This document shows, one piece after another, positions 1-14,150 of a stretch of DNA of 64,000 bases. Origin of the DNA: Iphione sp. A-MEVVRFRX5 (lineage: Eukaryota); assembly GCA_976226885.1 (NCBI GenBank), contig OZ320315.1, forward strand, positions 38,316,001 through 38,380,000. The letters run 5' to 3'. Within the stretch, counting starts at the first letter, position 1. Each line of letters starts with the position of its first letter. Under the pieces are notes generated by a model. That model saw only the letters and a program-made list of their open reading frames with translations, made no database searches and was not told where the DNA came from. The position numbers and the translations under genes were made by a program.

Positions 1-364
1 GATTCAGATTGTTCTTCTCTATTTGCGGTGGTTTCAATTAATGATATATTTTTGTAGGGATTTCCAGAGGCAATCGTTTCCCGATCTCTGAACTCATGTT
101 ATTTCAGTAATATACATGTACATCCACCCAACGGAAAAGCAACACAGTCTTAAAGCGTTGAAGACATTTTACTTCGCTAAAAATCTATCAATGATATGAA
201 CTACATATACATATACATGTACATGTACGTGAACATCAACAGTCAAAGGCCACACTACGGATACGGCCAGATGAAAGGAAATTCCCTGAATTACTGAAAT
301 GTTTTTTTCTAATAGACACAATGTTCATTGTGAGACCACCTGCCACTTTCAGGCTGGCATGCTA

Positions 365-860
365 GTTTGCATGCATCACCACATCACTGCATCACTTCAT
401 TGTCATCAATATTCATTGCCAGCGGTGAACATTGCATCTGGGAGCGTGAACACCTCATAATGGTGACGTGGTGATGCAGTGAACATTGCATCTGCGAGGG
501 AACACCTTCATGCAGTGATGAGATGCTGTGATAAAACTGCATCTATGACACTGAACATATTTGGATGTGGTGATGCGGTGGTGCAGTGGTGCAGTGGACA
601 TTGCCTCCATGAGAGTGAACATGTTCATTTTGTGTGCAGTGGTGGGGTGCTGGGGTTGTATTGCATCTGTAAGGGTTAACATTTCATTGCCAGTGGCGAT
701 ATCACAGTGACACACAGTGACATGCAGTGGCACACTGTGACATATTTTCACAAACAGCATCATACAGCAGGACACAGAGTGACACACTGTGGCACACAGG
801 CACCATGGCCCAATAAAACAGTGATACAGTGCCAAACAGCGACGTTTAGTGACACAATTT
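365..860. repeat. Degenerate low-complexity repeat array (gaacattgcatct units; cacagtga-like units)
   Basis: gaacattgcatct at ~428 and ~481 with further degenerate copies; gcatcaccacatc / gatgtggtgatgc inverted pair; cacagtga-type reiteration 700-860. Confidence 0.6.
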
Positions 861-3800
861 CATCAATGAAACATTTATTTTGTTTAACTAGGCCTTAGAG
901 AGCATCTTTTCAGTCCTTACGCATTTTGTGTAAAATACAGACTCGACATTCTCATTTGGATCTTAAATTCACCTTAATGTTCACATTTAGAGTACTTTAA
1001 CTGAAGCCTCCACGAAGATGGATTCATTATTCAATATTACTTGGGGTACTTGGAAATATGAGGTAAATGCATGCTAATATAAAAAAAAACTGATAATAGA
1101 AAAATAGAATGTTCAATGTGGTCAACATTTCAATACCATAGCTAGCCTGTCATACCGAACGAACAACTTGTATCATTCATTATCATTCTTAAAATACCGT
1201 TATGGATCAGTCAGACGAAGTCTTTTAGTTCCATAGACTGTGGGATCGCTTGAATCATTCGCCTTTGGCAATTGGAGGAACACGCTTCTGCCCACAGGGA
1301 AGTCTTGACACAAATGATTTATTATACTGTTTGTGTTACATCTCATCCTGACCACCCGTCTCCGCTCTTCCTATGGGTATATTGATGCAAGTCTAACCTA
1401 GTATTCACAGGTCTGGCCATGGCCCACTAGGCCTCCCCCCCGGTGTAAGTTTTACACTCCCAGGTCACAGGGCTCAGTGACGTTGATGACCCATTTGAAT
1501 GTGACCAAATCCTTAAAGAAGACATAAAATAGAAAATAACATGTAAAGTAATTCATGCAGAAATGAAAAACACGCAAAGCAATTAATGAACAATAATGCA
1601 AAAGACTGGGGGTCGCGTGTAATGAAACCTTTCTGGTAACACAGGTAGGAGGATCATTGCTCTGCCTAAGAACGTGTCTTGCCTTAATAACTAAAAGGTA
1701 AACACACTCAGCCTACCTTTGTAGCATGCTCTAGAGCGTAGTATTCACTATGGTACAGTTCTAAATGGGTTATAATGATTGGTGTTTTTTGGCTTTGTGT
1801 TGTGTACGTGGCAAGCAAAGTGAAATGAACTAATGTTTTTTTTTTTTCGGCGTCTATTCATGTATGTCACGCAACTTCCTTTCGCGTATGTTTATTGACT
1901 TCCAAGGAGAGACGTTATCATAGATTAGGGCCATATTATAAATACATGGGCATATCTTAATCAAACCGCACATGTATTTTAGCCATCTGTATGGAGAATC
2001 TTTTGTAAAAGCCATGCTGTTTTGCAGACTCATCCCAGTTTCTTCGAGTATGTGTACAAACGATTGTCAGAAACCGAACGCTCGAAATCTGAAAAATCCG
2101 AAATCTTAACAGATTTCACTGGGACCAACTGTTTCCAACTATAAACATACCCATACAACCAAGTGCATACATTCTACATGCAAGTGGTTTTTGATAGTAC
2201 AGTGGAGACCATCTTGATAGACGCTTGGCTGCAACATACATTTCACAGTGTTTTACAGCAGACAATACCACTGCCCATACATGGTCATCCCAATACCTCT
2301 GGTTATCTGATACTCCCAACAAGGACCATGAGGTCCACCCAGTGGTGAACTGAAGGAGACAGATGAGAGTGATCACCAAGAAGTGAGGTGATAGAGCACC
2401 GACACCCACCTGCACTATGTACAAGCAGCACATGTGCAAGTCATGCGACAGACCAGGATTGAATCTCCAGCAGATTCTTACAACTCCCTCCCTCCCCTCC
2501 TCCCTCCCTCCCTCTGTCAACTAGTCCCTCAGAAGTGAGAAAATGTGAGGAAATAGGTTGATTTTTTAACAAGACGTATAGCTCGCAAGGCTACTTTAGG
2601 CCCACTTTTCCTATACAATAATAGGAGGTCCACCTCTGTAACTGGATTGTCCACCTGCGTAACAAGGAGGTCCACCTATTTAATTTCAGATAATTCCTAA
2701 TTACAGGCCTGAGGGGGATACCCCAAGAACTAAGTTTAACATTAGAAATGCCCTAATTGCATTTCACAGTTTTAGACGGAGCTCCGACACCTTCCACCTC
2801 TTGCTGTATGGAAAACATCTCTACAGTAGCTCATACAGAAGTAATAGGAGTGATAGCAGCATTCAACTGTACATATTTACTCCATTTTAGGTTTACATAT
2901 TTTACTACATTTCTACCCGTGTCATTACATGTTTACCCCCATCTTTGGCTACAACGGACACTCCCTGCTGCAGACACAATGATGACAGTCTCCTTAGGCT
3001 ACAATTCAAAATCAAAAAGAAATCTGAAACCAGAAAATCTAAAAGAAATCCCAAATCTGAAATCAGAGCGGAAGTGGCAGGAACAGCCCATACAGCATTA
3101 CACCTGATGCCTCCTTTACAGAAATGGACCATTTTCAGGATTTGGGACCTTTGCCACATGATAGACAAATACTGAACATACTGGCAGTATTGCAATTAAT
3201 AAAAGGAGAGTACCTTTTAGGTGTTTGTGACAAGTCCAGTGAAGCATAAAGCTGAAGCAAGTTCCCAGAGTTCAAAGCCGAGAAATATGATCAGCGCTTG
3301 TAACACATGTCCATGCATGGTTCGCCATGATTTTTAGGCATATGGAATGGTCTCAGTGCTTCAAGACCCACAACACGCCGTCAATTGCTTAGTTTATTTT
3401 TTTTACTGGTATTTGACTTGCTAAAATCCACAAGGTATATTGTATTTGGATTCGTCGGCAAGGTTTGCGTGTCCCAGACTATCCCAGCTATAGGCTGGTC
3501 GGCATTTACTAAAGGTTAGCCGCAGACATGTTTAAGAGTCCATAGTTTTAATGCTGCCTTTGCAAGCATTAAGCATGCATCGTCGTAGCTCTGTTACCTA
3601 TTCACCATGTCCACCTGTCATATGTATCAATTCTCCTTCAGATTCCCTTCTTCATCATCTGTCAGAAGCATGACATCGGCTATTCGTTTTTCTCTCTTCG
3701 ATGATACATGTATTTGTCTGAAGTTTTTTTTAACTACTTTTTAGATTATCGGTCTACAATCAAGATGTTCTTAATTTGTGCTTTGTTTGGTCAAGCGTTA

Positions 3801-4154
3801 TATCTGATAGGTCATTTAGTGAAGTTCAGATTGGTTGAATCCTTCCTATCACCCCATTCACTGAGATATTTCAATACACATAAGTGAGTCTTGTTTTTTT
3901 CCAGCCTAGTGCTGGGATACAGTGAGGTTACTGACCTCTCGTGGAGGGTATGGTAAACAAAGCCTCGTTTGGTATTCATGCCAGCTGAACTCGTATTTTG
4001 CTGCATCCAAGCACACCATACCTGCTTTGTTGAAATATTAAATGCCTCCGCCAACATTACTAGTACTGCAAGGCAGAGTTAATGTTTTTGAATGGAGTGT
4101 TGTATTACATAATATGTAACAATATAATATAATAATGTAATATAATATAATATG

Positions 4155-4234
4155 TATCGCCATGTCAACTGACTGTCACAATGTGTAATTTATTTTATAA
4201 TTACACATTCTGACTGTCAGTTGACATAGCGATA
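4155..4234. repeat. 80-bp near-perfect palindrome (hairpin)
   Basis: tatcgccatgtcaactgactgtcacaatgtgtaat versus the reverse complement of attacacattctgactgtcagttgacatagcgata: 35-bp arms with 3 mismatches and a short AT-rich loop. Confidence 0.9.
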
Positions 4235-7200
4235 ACGAGAAACAATTTTTAGTAATAAAAGAGTGATACATTTTGTGTTGTTACCGGGCAAATACATGAA
4301 CATGAGGAACAGTGCACAAAACATTTGTATAATGTTTCAGCAGGTCTCATTCAAGTTACAATCGATTCAGCACAGGAGTGCTAATCTGAAACACTGACGA
4401 AGTTATTTAATGAGACGTGGTGCATGAGTACCTCGCAATATGATGTGTCTTTAACAAAGCTAAGAATAAATGAATATTATAGATATAGCCAGGAAGTACA
4501 CTAACAATGTAGCCATGGGAGAAACTCAACGTAAAGAGATGTCAGAAAAGGGACAGCTAAGCATGGAGGATATAGCTAAGAATGTTGTAGACTAAAATCC
4601 TTAAAACTATAATCCTTATACAAGGTATAATTTTTGAATGAAGATCCACACAGGTTGACTATAATTTCCCTTACTTTAAATTGTAGACGCTCTCTTCAGT
4701 TGATTAAGAATTCACACTTTATGGAAATGTGCGCGTCAGCTATGTACGCAGTACAATCCAAAGATTAATAATTATATATACTGTTACAAATAAGTCAGTG
4801 CGAATGAGTCTGCTATGCGTCGTCGTCATTAGCCACCAGGTGGCTTTTATCATGGACCTCCAACAGGGGGCATCGGGTGTTCACAGCAACAAATACGGTC
4901 CTGCTGGACAACGACTGAAATTTTATGCGATGTTGAACACGTTGGTGCTATAATCATGATTTCATTGAACAGACTACTCGTATCCGAGATTTTTCTCGTT
5001 TAACTTAATACTAGGCTGTACTATGAATTCCGAATGTGACCCCATTCATCGGCAACCTTCCATTGTCACGCGGGCGATTATGTAACTTATTTGCCCGAAG
5101 ATTAGTCAGTATTGGTGGATTATCGGGAGGACCTTTGAACACATGTAGATGTACAGACCAGACACTTTAAAATAACCATAGCCAGGCGTTGCGGATCCCT
5201 CGGTGAGTTAAATTTTCCCAATCTCTTAGCGTTCATCGTACGTTTCTTTCTACGTCCATTCATAACGTACATTTCGTAAAGAAAAGAACAAACAAGTACG
5301 TTCGCAAACGGCATGTTTGTATTATTCTTTAGGGTCACACATTCCAGGTTAGCTGAGGGCAGTATCACGCGATGGCCTCCATGACCCGATATTCATACAC
5401 CGTCGGTAACCCTTACACATCAACACCATGGCAACATCTTACCTATCTTACAGTTAGCACCAGCCCACAACATGTAAAGAATGTTTAAATGCGACAGGCG
5501 CGCTCATTAAAGCAGAGGTGCGTAATTATTATGTTCATACGTATCATGCATATGGTTTACATCAAGGTAATCCACAAATACATGTTGTGATGCTGACAAG
5601 ACATAGACCTGTGTGCTGGTAGAGATAATTTAACGAATGATTAGGTTCCTGCCGAGATTCTCGATGAACATGGACAAACCTACCGACGATGTGCATCGCT
5701 CGCACGAGATGCATTCGGAACACTAGCATATAAACATATATACGTGTATATATATACATATAAACCTACAAGATATGTTGCACTTACCTGAACGTATAGT
5801 GAGGTGTCGTCAGCAGTGACAGCAGTGACAGGAAGCAGGTAATGTTTGTTATGTGATCCGCGCCGACCGCCCCCCTCCCCGAAAAAAAACTAGCTTCAGG
5901 CCGCTACGCTGAAGAGTATATTGACTCTCCACAAGCTTGGAGTGTTGAAAGATGTATACATGCTCATAACAACTTAGGAAGTATCAAACCTTTTGGAAAT
6001 GTGATACATGTATATAGACATGCATTTCTTAACACTGTAATCCCATACACTAATAAATAGGGTCAATATAAAGTAAATTAATTCAGTGTTCAGATGTTGA
6101 ATTCTAATTGGAGTTTAAATACATGTAGAGGACATTTTTCGAAAGAAATTCATCTGAGAGCAGCAGGCTCAGGGCCAGGAGTGTTATGTGATTTAGTGTA
6201 ATTGTTATTTATTATCAAATCAGGGATATTCTGGACACTGATTTTTTTCATAAAATGTATACAGATTACGCTTGGACAGGTCCACATAGTGGCAAAAATT
6301 ATACGTTAACAGAGAATTGCATTTGTTCTTGTGTTCAACACGATTGATGAAAGACTAGTCCTTTTAAAATTGAATTCATTATGATTTTTAGATTCAAAAC
6401 TTCCCTCTCACAATCTACTATGGGCCACGGCTTCGGAACCTCATGTCGTGTCTGACGTGAAAGCGGTAGCACTGGCTCCATGTGTCTAGAATATAATCGA
6501 CTTTGCATAAAATTCCTCTTTATGTCCCCTGTCTTCATTACTGCCCATCCAGCATGTATAGTCAGGTAATACTACAAGCCCTTATTATAGTAAAATAAGT
6601 CTGTTCTGAACTCAAAATGCCAATCAGCTCATAGTTGTCTCGTAGTCTGCTTCCAGAGACGGCATTCGTCATACGTTTACTCCCAATATTTAGAGCCTTC
6701 AATTAGTAATTAAGTGAAGCATATGGGGATACAATTAATAATTAAATGCATATGTCATACCTTCAAGTAAATAAGCTAGTTATACGAAACCGTGGCCTTC
6801 CTTAGTCATGGCTCAACAGAGGAGCTTACCAGTTAATGTGGTTCCAAGAAAACCAGTCATAAGCTGGTGGGGTCATGTGTCTTGTATTCCAATTAGTCGC
6901 TCAGAACTATGAGCCCATAACATCAATCTTGTATGATAGATTTCACCATAGTGGGTCACATATTACAGGCTTAACGAACTAGGCTTCAGCTCTCGAATAC
7001 TACCACGCTCAACACATGCGTAATTGCCCTGAATGCAGCTATGGCAGCGAAGAAAGCTACGTAGAGACATTTTCAATTGAAAGAAATATAAGGAAAGTGC
7101 AACACGGATGTGCCGTTTATAATATTATACAAACATCCCTTCAGTACATGAATACTTTAAGCAGCATTTGCAGAAGACATTTTTTTTCTCTTTTCCGAGT

Positions 7201-7397
7201 AATTATCAGGTCAATGGATTGAACTGTGAGGTGTCCCAATTCCCAAGCAATAGATGTTTTATGCAATGTATATGTATGTGCATGGCACGAACACAGATTA
7301 TGGAAGGTGCAAAGTACAATGTATTCTTTTACAGCCAATACCATTAAACAGCCAATTTTTTAAAGAAAAGGATGATTTACATGGTCATAATTGGCTA

Positions 7398-7737
7398 GGC
7401 CAAAAAACATAGGTGTGTTTCTGGTAACGACCACCCAAAAACCTAGGTAGGGGGGCATCTTTTTTTTTTTATATTTTCTTTCCACTTTCTTCCTCTGGTT
7501 ATCAATAATGATAAAGATAATATGAAGAATTTTGACCAATTTGCAGTTTTTGCTGAATTTCCATGGATTTTATTGTTCTTCTACTAAATTTACAAAAAAC
7601 ATGTGCTATGAAAACAAATATCTAAGAAAATTCAGCCTTGGAAACACCTTGGGACCAAAATATTTTTAAGTAGGGTGAGGTTTTACTAAGTAGGGGGTGG
7701 GGGGGGGGGTTACCAGAAACACACCTGTTTTTTTGCC
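7398..7737. mobile_element. MITE family A copy 1 (PIF/Harbinger-like)
   Basis: TIRs GGCCaaaaaacataggtgtgtttctggtaac / gttaccagaaacacacctgttttttttGCC; flanks CTA / TTA; interior nearly colinear with 16021-16361. Confidence 0.85.
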
Positions 7738-10225
7738 TTAGTATTGATGGATCAAAGAAAAGGAGGAATCAGTTATCATGGGTCAATGGAGCATTTGAAC
7801 GATTCTTGTACCAACTCTGGAGGAGGAGGTTATTTATTATGCACACTGCCAACCTTTGATGCCTTTGTAGATATGGAATCAACCTAGACCTCTATACAAT
7901 GCACAGTGATGGCACTAAACCCACGCCTTTGTATGCCTTGTAAGCTAGAGTACTGTTACATTTGGGTTTTTTTTTCTAAAAGAGGCCGAAGCATGAATGA
8001 AATCCATTACTTAATCAGTCGACGTTAAACATTACTGCGTCACAACAGCTTATTGTAGGTCATTCAAGTACAAGAGCCTATCACACTGCTTACGAATTTG
8101 TTTGTTTTGCTGGAAAATGTTACGGGCATAATTTATCGGAAGAAAATGCTGAATCGAAAGAACTGAATAATTATTAATACTTCTGAACAGAGTTTATTCG
8201 CTCTATTTACCTTCGCCTAAGAAACCATCTCTCAGCGTGGCGTGCAGCTTTGTGCCTGACCTACTCAAGTGTTTCCGGACACAGACATTAAATAACATCG
8301 TATCGACCGGTCCGTTGGCTGCGTCTCTGCACAATGCGATTTCCAGACGCGCCCACCGATTCACCCCTTACACGCACGCAGCTAGCCAAGTAGAGCCTCG
8401 GTGCCATCAACTGATGGCTGAGAAATCGCCGGAATAATACGAAACAGACAGCGCTAACTCTTAGAGCAACGAGCCCGCGTACCGAGACGATGCTAGACAG
8501 AAGAGAGAAAAAAAAGTCCAGTAGTTATTGATTCGTTGTCAGCATATTCTCAGTTTCAAGCAAGAGCAGCACGTGGATAGACAGTGATGACGCTTGGGTG
8601 GTCGAATACCAATATTGACAGCCAGAGGATGCCCTTGAGAAGGTCTGGTAACTACTCTTGTAGATTTGCCTGATACGTGTGTATATATATAAAGTCAGCC
8701 TCACCGACAAATACCGCTGTATTCTAAGCACACAGTACCGATATGTCGAGATCTATCACGGAAATTGTTTGGAATTAACTTGTATTCATCATCACAACCT
8801 CTCCTATGTGAATACGAACAATATATTCTAAATTGCATTTTCCTGCTAGAAAAACTTGCAGATATCTTTTTCATACATGGCTATTGGATTGTGTGTTATA
8901 TGAAAAGGATAACTGTGCTCTGAAAACATAATATTTATTGATAGCATAACCTACATGAAGAAGTATGCCTTCTCACTACGTTTCAATCTCACGAAGAGTA
9001 CCACTACTACACCTGGTATGTGTTGTGGGGTGAGGTGGGGCTAACAGATATGTCTCTTGATATCATATAATAATAATATAATATAACATATAATATAATA
9101 ATGACATTATCAACCGTAACTTGTATACATGTATAGAAAACAGGAAATCAGGAAACTTCCGTCTCTGTGGTTCTCCCATGGACATATTTGTTTTAATAGA
9201 TTTTATGAAAAAATTAAATGTCTTTGATAACTTTAAATCCTTTGACAAACCGACCTATAATTGTCAGAATCATACTATATCTATATTATGTATTTTTCTA
9301 GAGAAATAGCCTAGGGTTCATAACAAGTCGTACAGGACGTGCAACTCCTGATCTATTCTGATGTGAAATGGTGATTTTACCTTCTTCACATTTTGTTTTC
9401 ATTTGGTTCACTGACTTTTGGCTTAACTGATCCATTAATCTAGTTATTTGTGGCAATCAGATCCCTCTCACTGCTCCTATTTGGACATTTACGTTCCACA
9501 TCAAATTAGAGGTTTTACTGGAACATTACATGGTCAATCATGTACCTTACAAAACTACGAAAAATATGAAGAAATAAACATAACGGGTAGCAGAAAGGGT
9601 GTATCATTAACAGGAGAACATAATTCAACACTTCATTTAAAACAAAGCAGGTTTAAAACAAGGAAAATCCCCATGCTTTGCATTGGGGCCGTGTCTTCAG
9701 ACCAGCCGTCAGACAGATCAACTGTAGCATAAAATTCCCATATCAATACCTTCGATGTCTACTGTACTGTGGTCTATGGCCCTACGTAATATCTTTATCG
9801 ACAAGTCTTGGTTTCAAAGGAATCTTATGCTTTAGAAAAACATACTGACAACGTTACTTTGACAATTCTTTCCGTTGTTTTTTCTTAGGAGAAGCGCTCA
9901 ATTGGTTTAGCATTGAAATGGGTCTATTCTTTCTAGTACCAACGAAATATATACATGTACTCGGCATTTTCGGGCGTCTAAATTCTCTACTTATCTGGTC
10001 GACTTTACCTCATACGGTGGTAAGAGTGGTGTCTGTGTGTGTGCACCTGCATGCGTCTCTCTCTCTATGCCACACATTTTAGGCTGACATGCATTAGGCC
10101 CGGTTTCCTTGTGTCTGGAGATTTTTCCATACTGCCTGTCAGGTCTAGAAAATGAGCTTTGTTCCACACAAGCATGCAGACCTGGTGTCCTTGCATGCGG
10201 GTTTTTGCAGGGGGAGGAGGAGAAT

Positions 10226-10436
10226 CTCTCTCTCTATCTATCTATTTCTCTATCCCTCTATCTCTCTATCTATCTCTGTTAAAACTGTGTGTTTTTCAGG
10301 AACAATTGGAAAGAATTCCACCCAATTCTGTTAAAACTGTGTGTATTCAAAACCAATCAGAAAGAATTCCAAATTCTGTTTAAACTCATGTTTTTTGGCA
10401 CCAATCAGAAAGAATTCTGACCAATTCAGTTTTTTA
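10226..10436. repeat. (TC/TCTA) microsatellite followed by an about 50-bp tandem repeat x3
   Basis: ctgttaaaact..gaaagaattcc units start at 10276, 10328 and 10376, with a partial unit at 10427. Confidence 0.8.
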
Positions 10437-10834
10437 ATGCAAATGATATGCAAATTACAAATAATTTATAACATCTGTAATATGACAGACAGTGTCTGTC
10501 CTGCTGAAAAGGTCCATTTCTCTATTCTACTCATCCGTGTTCATGCGTGGTGCGGAAAAAAACGAACATTGTTCATTGTTTGTCTCCAGACATGGAGCCT
10601 AGAGCCTGGAGCATGTACATGTACACATGGAACATCCTCTGTTAAAATCACTGTTTGTTTTTTTTCCTGGAGCCCAGAGCACATGCTCCAGAGGTATTCT
10701 CCATACACAAGGAAACTGGGTCTTAGATGTGTGTTTTCACAACCGTGCTGCTGGTGTATTTTTTTGATACCTGGCTAACAACAGGACTGTTTCCTTACGT
10801 GCGTGTACTGTGCTGCATGATCTCATGGCCATGT

Positions 10835-11056
10835 CAGGCCTGCAGCCAAGGGGGCACCGGAGGTATCGTCTGCTATACCCAAGAAAGCTCATGAGTTACA
10901 TCCAGAGAAAAAGTCATAGAAAGACCGGTGAATAAAGGTGAGCAAACTCACCAGGAGTTCCGCCTCTCTAACCTGGAGTTCTAACTCTCTAACTTTGAAT
11001 TCCACCTCCCTAATTTCAGATCCTCCCCCCCCCCATAACTCCTGGCTATGGGCCTG
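10835..11056. mobile_element. Possible degenerate hAT-type MITE containing a 21-bp repeat
   Basis: CAGGCCtgcAGCCAagg / tCCTGGCTatgGGCCTG inverted ends; internal 21-bp degenerate repeats (~10955-11020); no 8-bp TSD seen. Confidence 0.35.
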
Positions 11057-11224
11057 CATATACATGTGGTTTTTGATTGGGAAGATTCCCAATTTTCATG
11101 GCGTCATGGCACATATTTTGCTTTTATGAAAAGTGAGGATGAAATAACCATATTAGCTATGTTTCATGTAAAGAAAAACAATAAAAATGTCCTCACATTT
11201 CCCCATGCGTCATCATCAGTTTTG

Positions 11225-11490
11225 ATTTTTGGCAGAATTTACATGATTTTTGCCATTTTCTGCTGCTTTTTAGCCAAAGTTTTTAGTTAATTTTCATAAC
11301 TTATGTTATGTTATAACTTAACTTATGTCATAACATATGTTAACATATTTTTTCATGCTTGTATTTTCATGGTAAAAATGATATGCTCTGCTGTGAAAAT
11401 TGCCTAAAACATGCCCAATGGCCTGAGAAAACATGCCCATGAAAGAAACATGCTATGAAAACTCACTTCTAAGGAAATTTAGCCTCAAGT
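11225..11490. mobile_element. Diverged internal fragment related to MITE family A
   Basis: tttttggcagaatttacatgatttt and catgctatgaaaac..tctaaggaaatttagcct resemble family A interior blocks; no TIRs seen. Confidence 0.45.
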
Positions 11491-12699
11491 GAGAAACACA
11501 CTTCGTGAGGCACTGTGTGGGACATACTCTTATGTGAGGGACAACCCTCAGCTGCACCTTGGGTTAAGCCCTTCTGTGCGAATCTATCGCATACAGTACC
11601 CTACTTGGTGTGTTTTGTGCTGTCTTATCACTGAGTGCTTTGTTAGTTGGACTCGTATTGATTTGAGGGAATACCCTTTATGATATTTCCGTCTGTATAT
11701 TGCAAAAGTAGGAACTTTACAGAAGCATTTTATCGATAATTAGGCAATGACATAAGCATCAAGTAATAATAAAGGCAAATACGCTACGTTAAGGCTGTCT
11801 CTTCTACAAGCATCAATCATCTTCAGTGAATCTGGTTAATTCAGGTGCAAATATAATCAAATACATAACCCCCGTAGTAGTCATGGATACAATTTGACGT
11901 GTATTATGATTTTTCCCTCTAGATGGTGGGGTTGTGGCGTAATGCGATGAGCATTGTTATGTAGAATCTCTAATTAAAGCTTTATTTTCCGTAATAGATG
12001 GGTTGATAAAATTTTCGGATCGTATATTTTAGTTGTCGGCAGCACTTTAGGTTTAAATCTGCACTCCTAACACATATCATACACACAATATTCCTTAAAC
12101 GTCCTATTAGGACCCAATTATCATAGAATGATAAGGAGTCCAATTAGGTTATAATCGAAAGTGTTTCAGGGACTGATTAGTTACAAGCAGGATCCTACTC
12201 CAAAATGTAATTCATATCTATTTATCTATAGGCAAGGACACGTGCTTACTTGATTAAATCAAACATTTAATTAAGTAAATTATACAGCTGAATCTCCCCC
12301 GAATAGTGACGCTATTAGCCGACTTTTATTCTACAGGCACTTAGGTTGGGAGCAAGTTGAAATTCTATGATAGTGAATAGGTATTCTATGGGGATGAGTG
12401 CATGCGTCTGCGCACAGTCATAGTCAGTGTGTCATTCCGTGTCTTTAATGGAGAATAAACAATCTCAATTGTCGTGACATGAAGGTGAAGGTATAGGTGT
12501 CCATGATAAGATATCGTCGGTAGCATGGCACTTGAGGGACTTAAAGGATTTAAATAGTCAACGGCTAGTATTCAGATCGTTTTTTTTTCACGCACCTTAT
12601 TCTGTGAAGACCTTCGTACAAGGACAGGTCAGGCTATAATCGTTTAGTGGTGATCATGAAATTATATTGAAGTTATTAACGGGACGAATGTCATTTTAT

Positions 12700-14150
12700 T
12701 GATACACAATTGAATATTCAAGGAATACATCATGATAATGCAATATGCTCAGGTCGTCAGTACACACTTATAGCTCTAGATTTTCATTTCATGACAATGT
12801 TAACACGGTGTAATCTATCGATTATGTAGTGGTGGCTACCATGCCTCCACTGTCTGTCCGGTATGAAATGTACTCATTCAACTGTAGTGCTAATAGAGGT
12901 GGTGGCACCACGGTTAAAGTGCACTTGGTGAAGCTAGACCTTGCTCAAGGTGACTTTCCCCTGGTATCCTATTGGTCCGAAGTATTTGATCTATAGAAAC
13001 CACCAGGAACATTGTATCAGACCTATTTATATCATCTGGTTGTGGAACTTGTCCTCCTCGGGGTGACAGTTGGACTAACCCACTTGGAACTGTATAGGGA
13101 GTAACTCACTTGGGATCAAGGCGGAGGATTACAACAGGATTCAGCTGTGACTAAAACTGGATTGGAAATTGGATTTATTGATCCAGGACTTAGCATTGAG
13201 GACTATAGCTGGATTTACCTGAGTGGAAATTAACCAAAGCACAATTATAATGGTTAGGTTAGTTAGCCCTGCATCATATTTTCGTTATGGAACAATAGAT
13301 GTCCATGCAGCTTAAAAATTTGTGCCTGTACGCAGAGACCAGCCAGACTTGTATCACTGGTCTCGAATAGTGTTGTACTGGACGAGTCTCCTAAATGCAA
13401 TGTGGAGCTCCTGACATCGCACTCTATACTCCCCAGTGCCAGGGAGATCCCCTTATCTGCATTGATGCCAGGCCCTCTTGAACAATCTATTTCCTGTATT
13501 GCATTGGCCATTTAAGTCATCTTCAGAGAAATACAGTGGGAAACCCTATTTGCGACTACCACTCTGGTCCAAGCTCAAATGGTCGCTTCGGCGATTTTGG
13601 TCACAAAATAGGGTATCAAATGTATAGAAATGAACATTTTGGTACCCACCCCAGGTGGACACAAATAGGGAATGGTCGCAAATTGATGTGATGGCAAATA
13701 GGGTCTCCACTGTATTATTTAACAGGCTTGAAAAGCCCAAACTCCTGAAGAAAACACCCGCTGGCAGTTCCTGGAGCTACCTACAAGAGCTCCACGGAAT
13801 AAATGTGATGAGATTGCTTATAATTTCCTTATGGATGCAGGTGCAGCTGGAGGATACTTGAAATGACGCCACTGGGTTATGATGATAAAAGAAAACAGTA
13901 GTATATTTCAAAGGCATAAACGCAGCAAGGCAAAGAATAAGAGTCAATGGGACAAAGTCAATGTGAAAGGGTTGCCAATAAAGATTACAAAATATATTAA
14001 CCTTTTGTTCAAGATACCTTCACAGGCAAGCAAAGCAAAGGCTATAACTACCTACCACAGACAGGCTAAAGATCCGCACGCCTGCCGAAATTTTCTGACC
14101 TTATGGAGGCTGCTCACTCGCTTTACCCACCATTCTGAGACAGACAGTAC
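12700..14150 (+). mobile_element. Highly decayed LINE remnant (APE endonuclease and linker)
   Basis: QLNIQGI (~12707), YEMYSFNCSANRGGG (12862-), L*KPPG (YRPP-like), LVLLG, and later WVMMIK..SKAK..QWDK resembling the EN-RT linker; many stops. Confidence 0.5.

Noticed and set aside
455-898. Overlapping ORFs rich in His/Cys/Val
   Set aside because: Translations of a low-complexity CAC/GTG/CAT repeat array.
2116-2520. 134-aa minus-strand ORF
   Set aside because: Starts in a purine microsatellite, has no recognisable motif and no supported splice partners.
10276-10436. CRISPR-like spaced repeats
   Set aside because: Units are degenerate head-to-tail tandem copies without unique spacers, in eukaryotic DNA with no cas genes.
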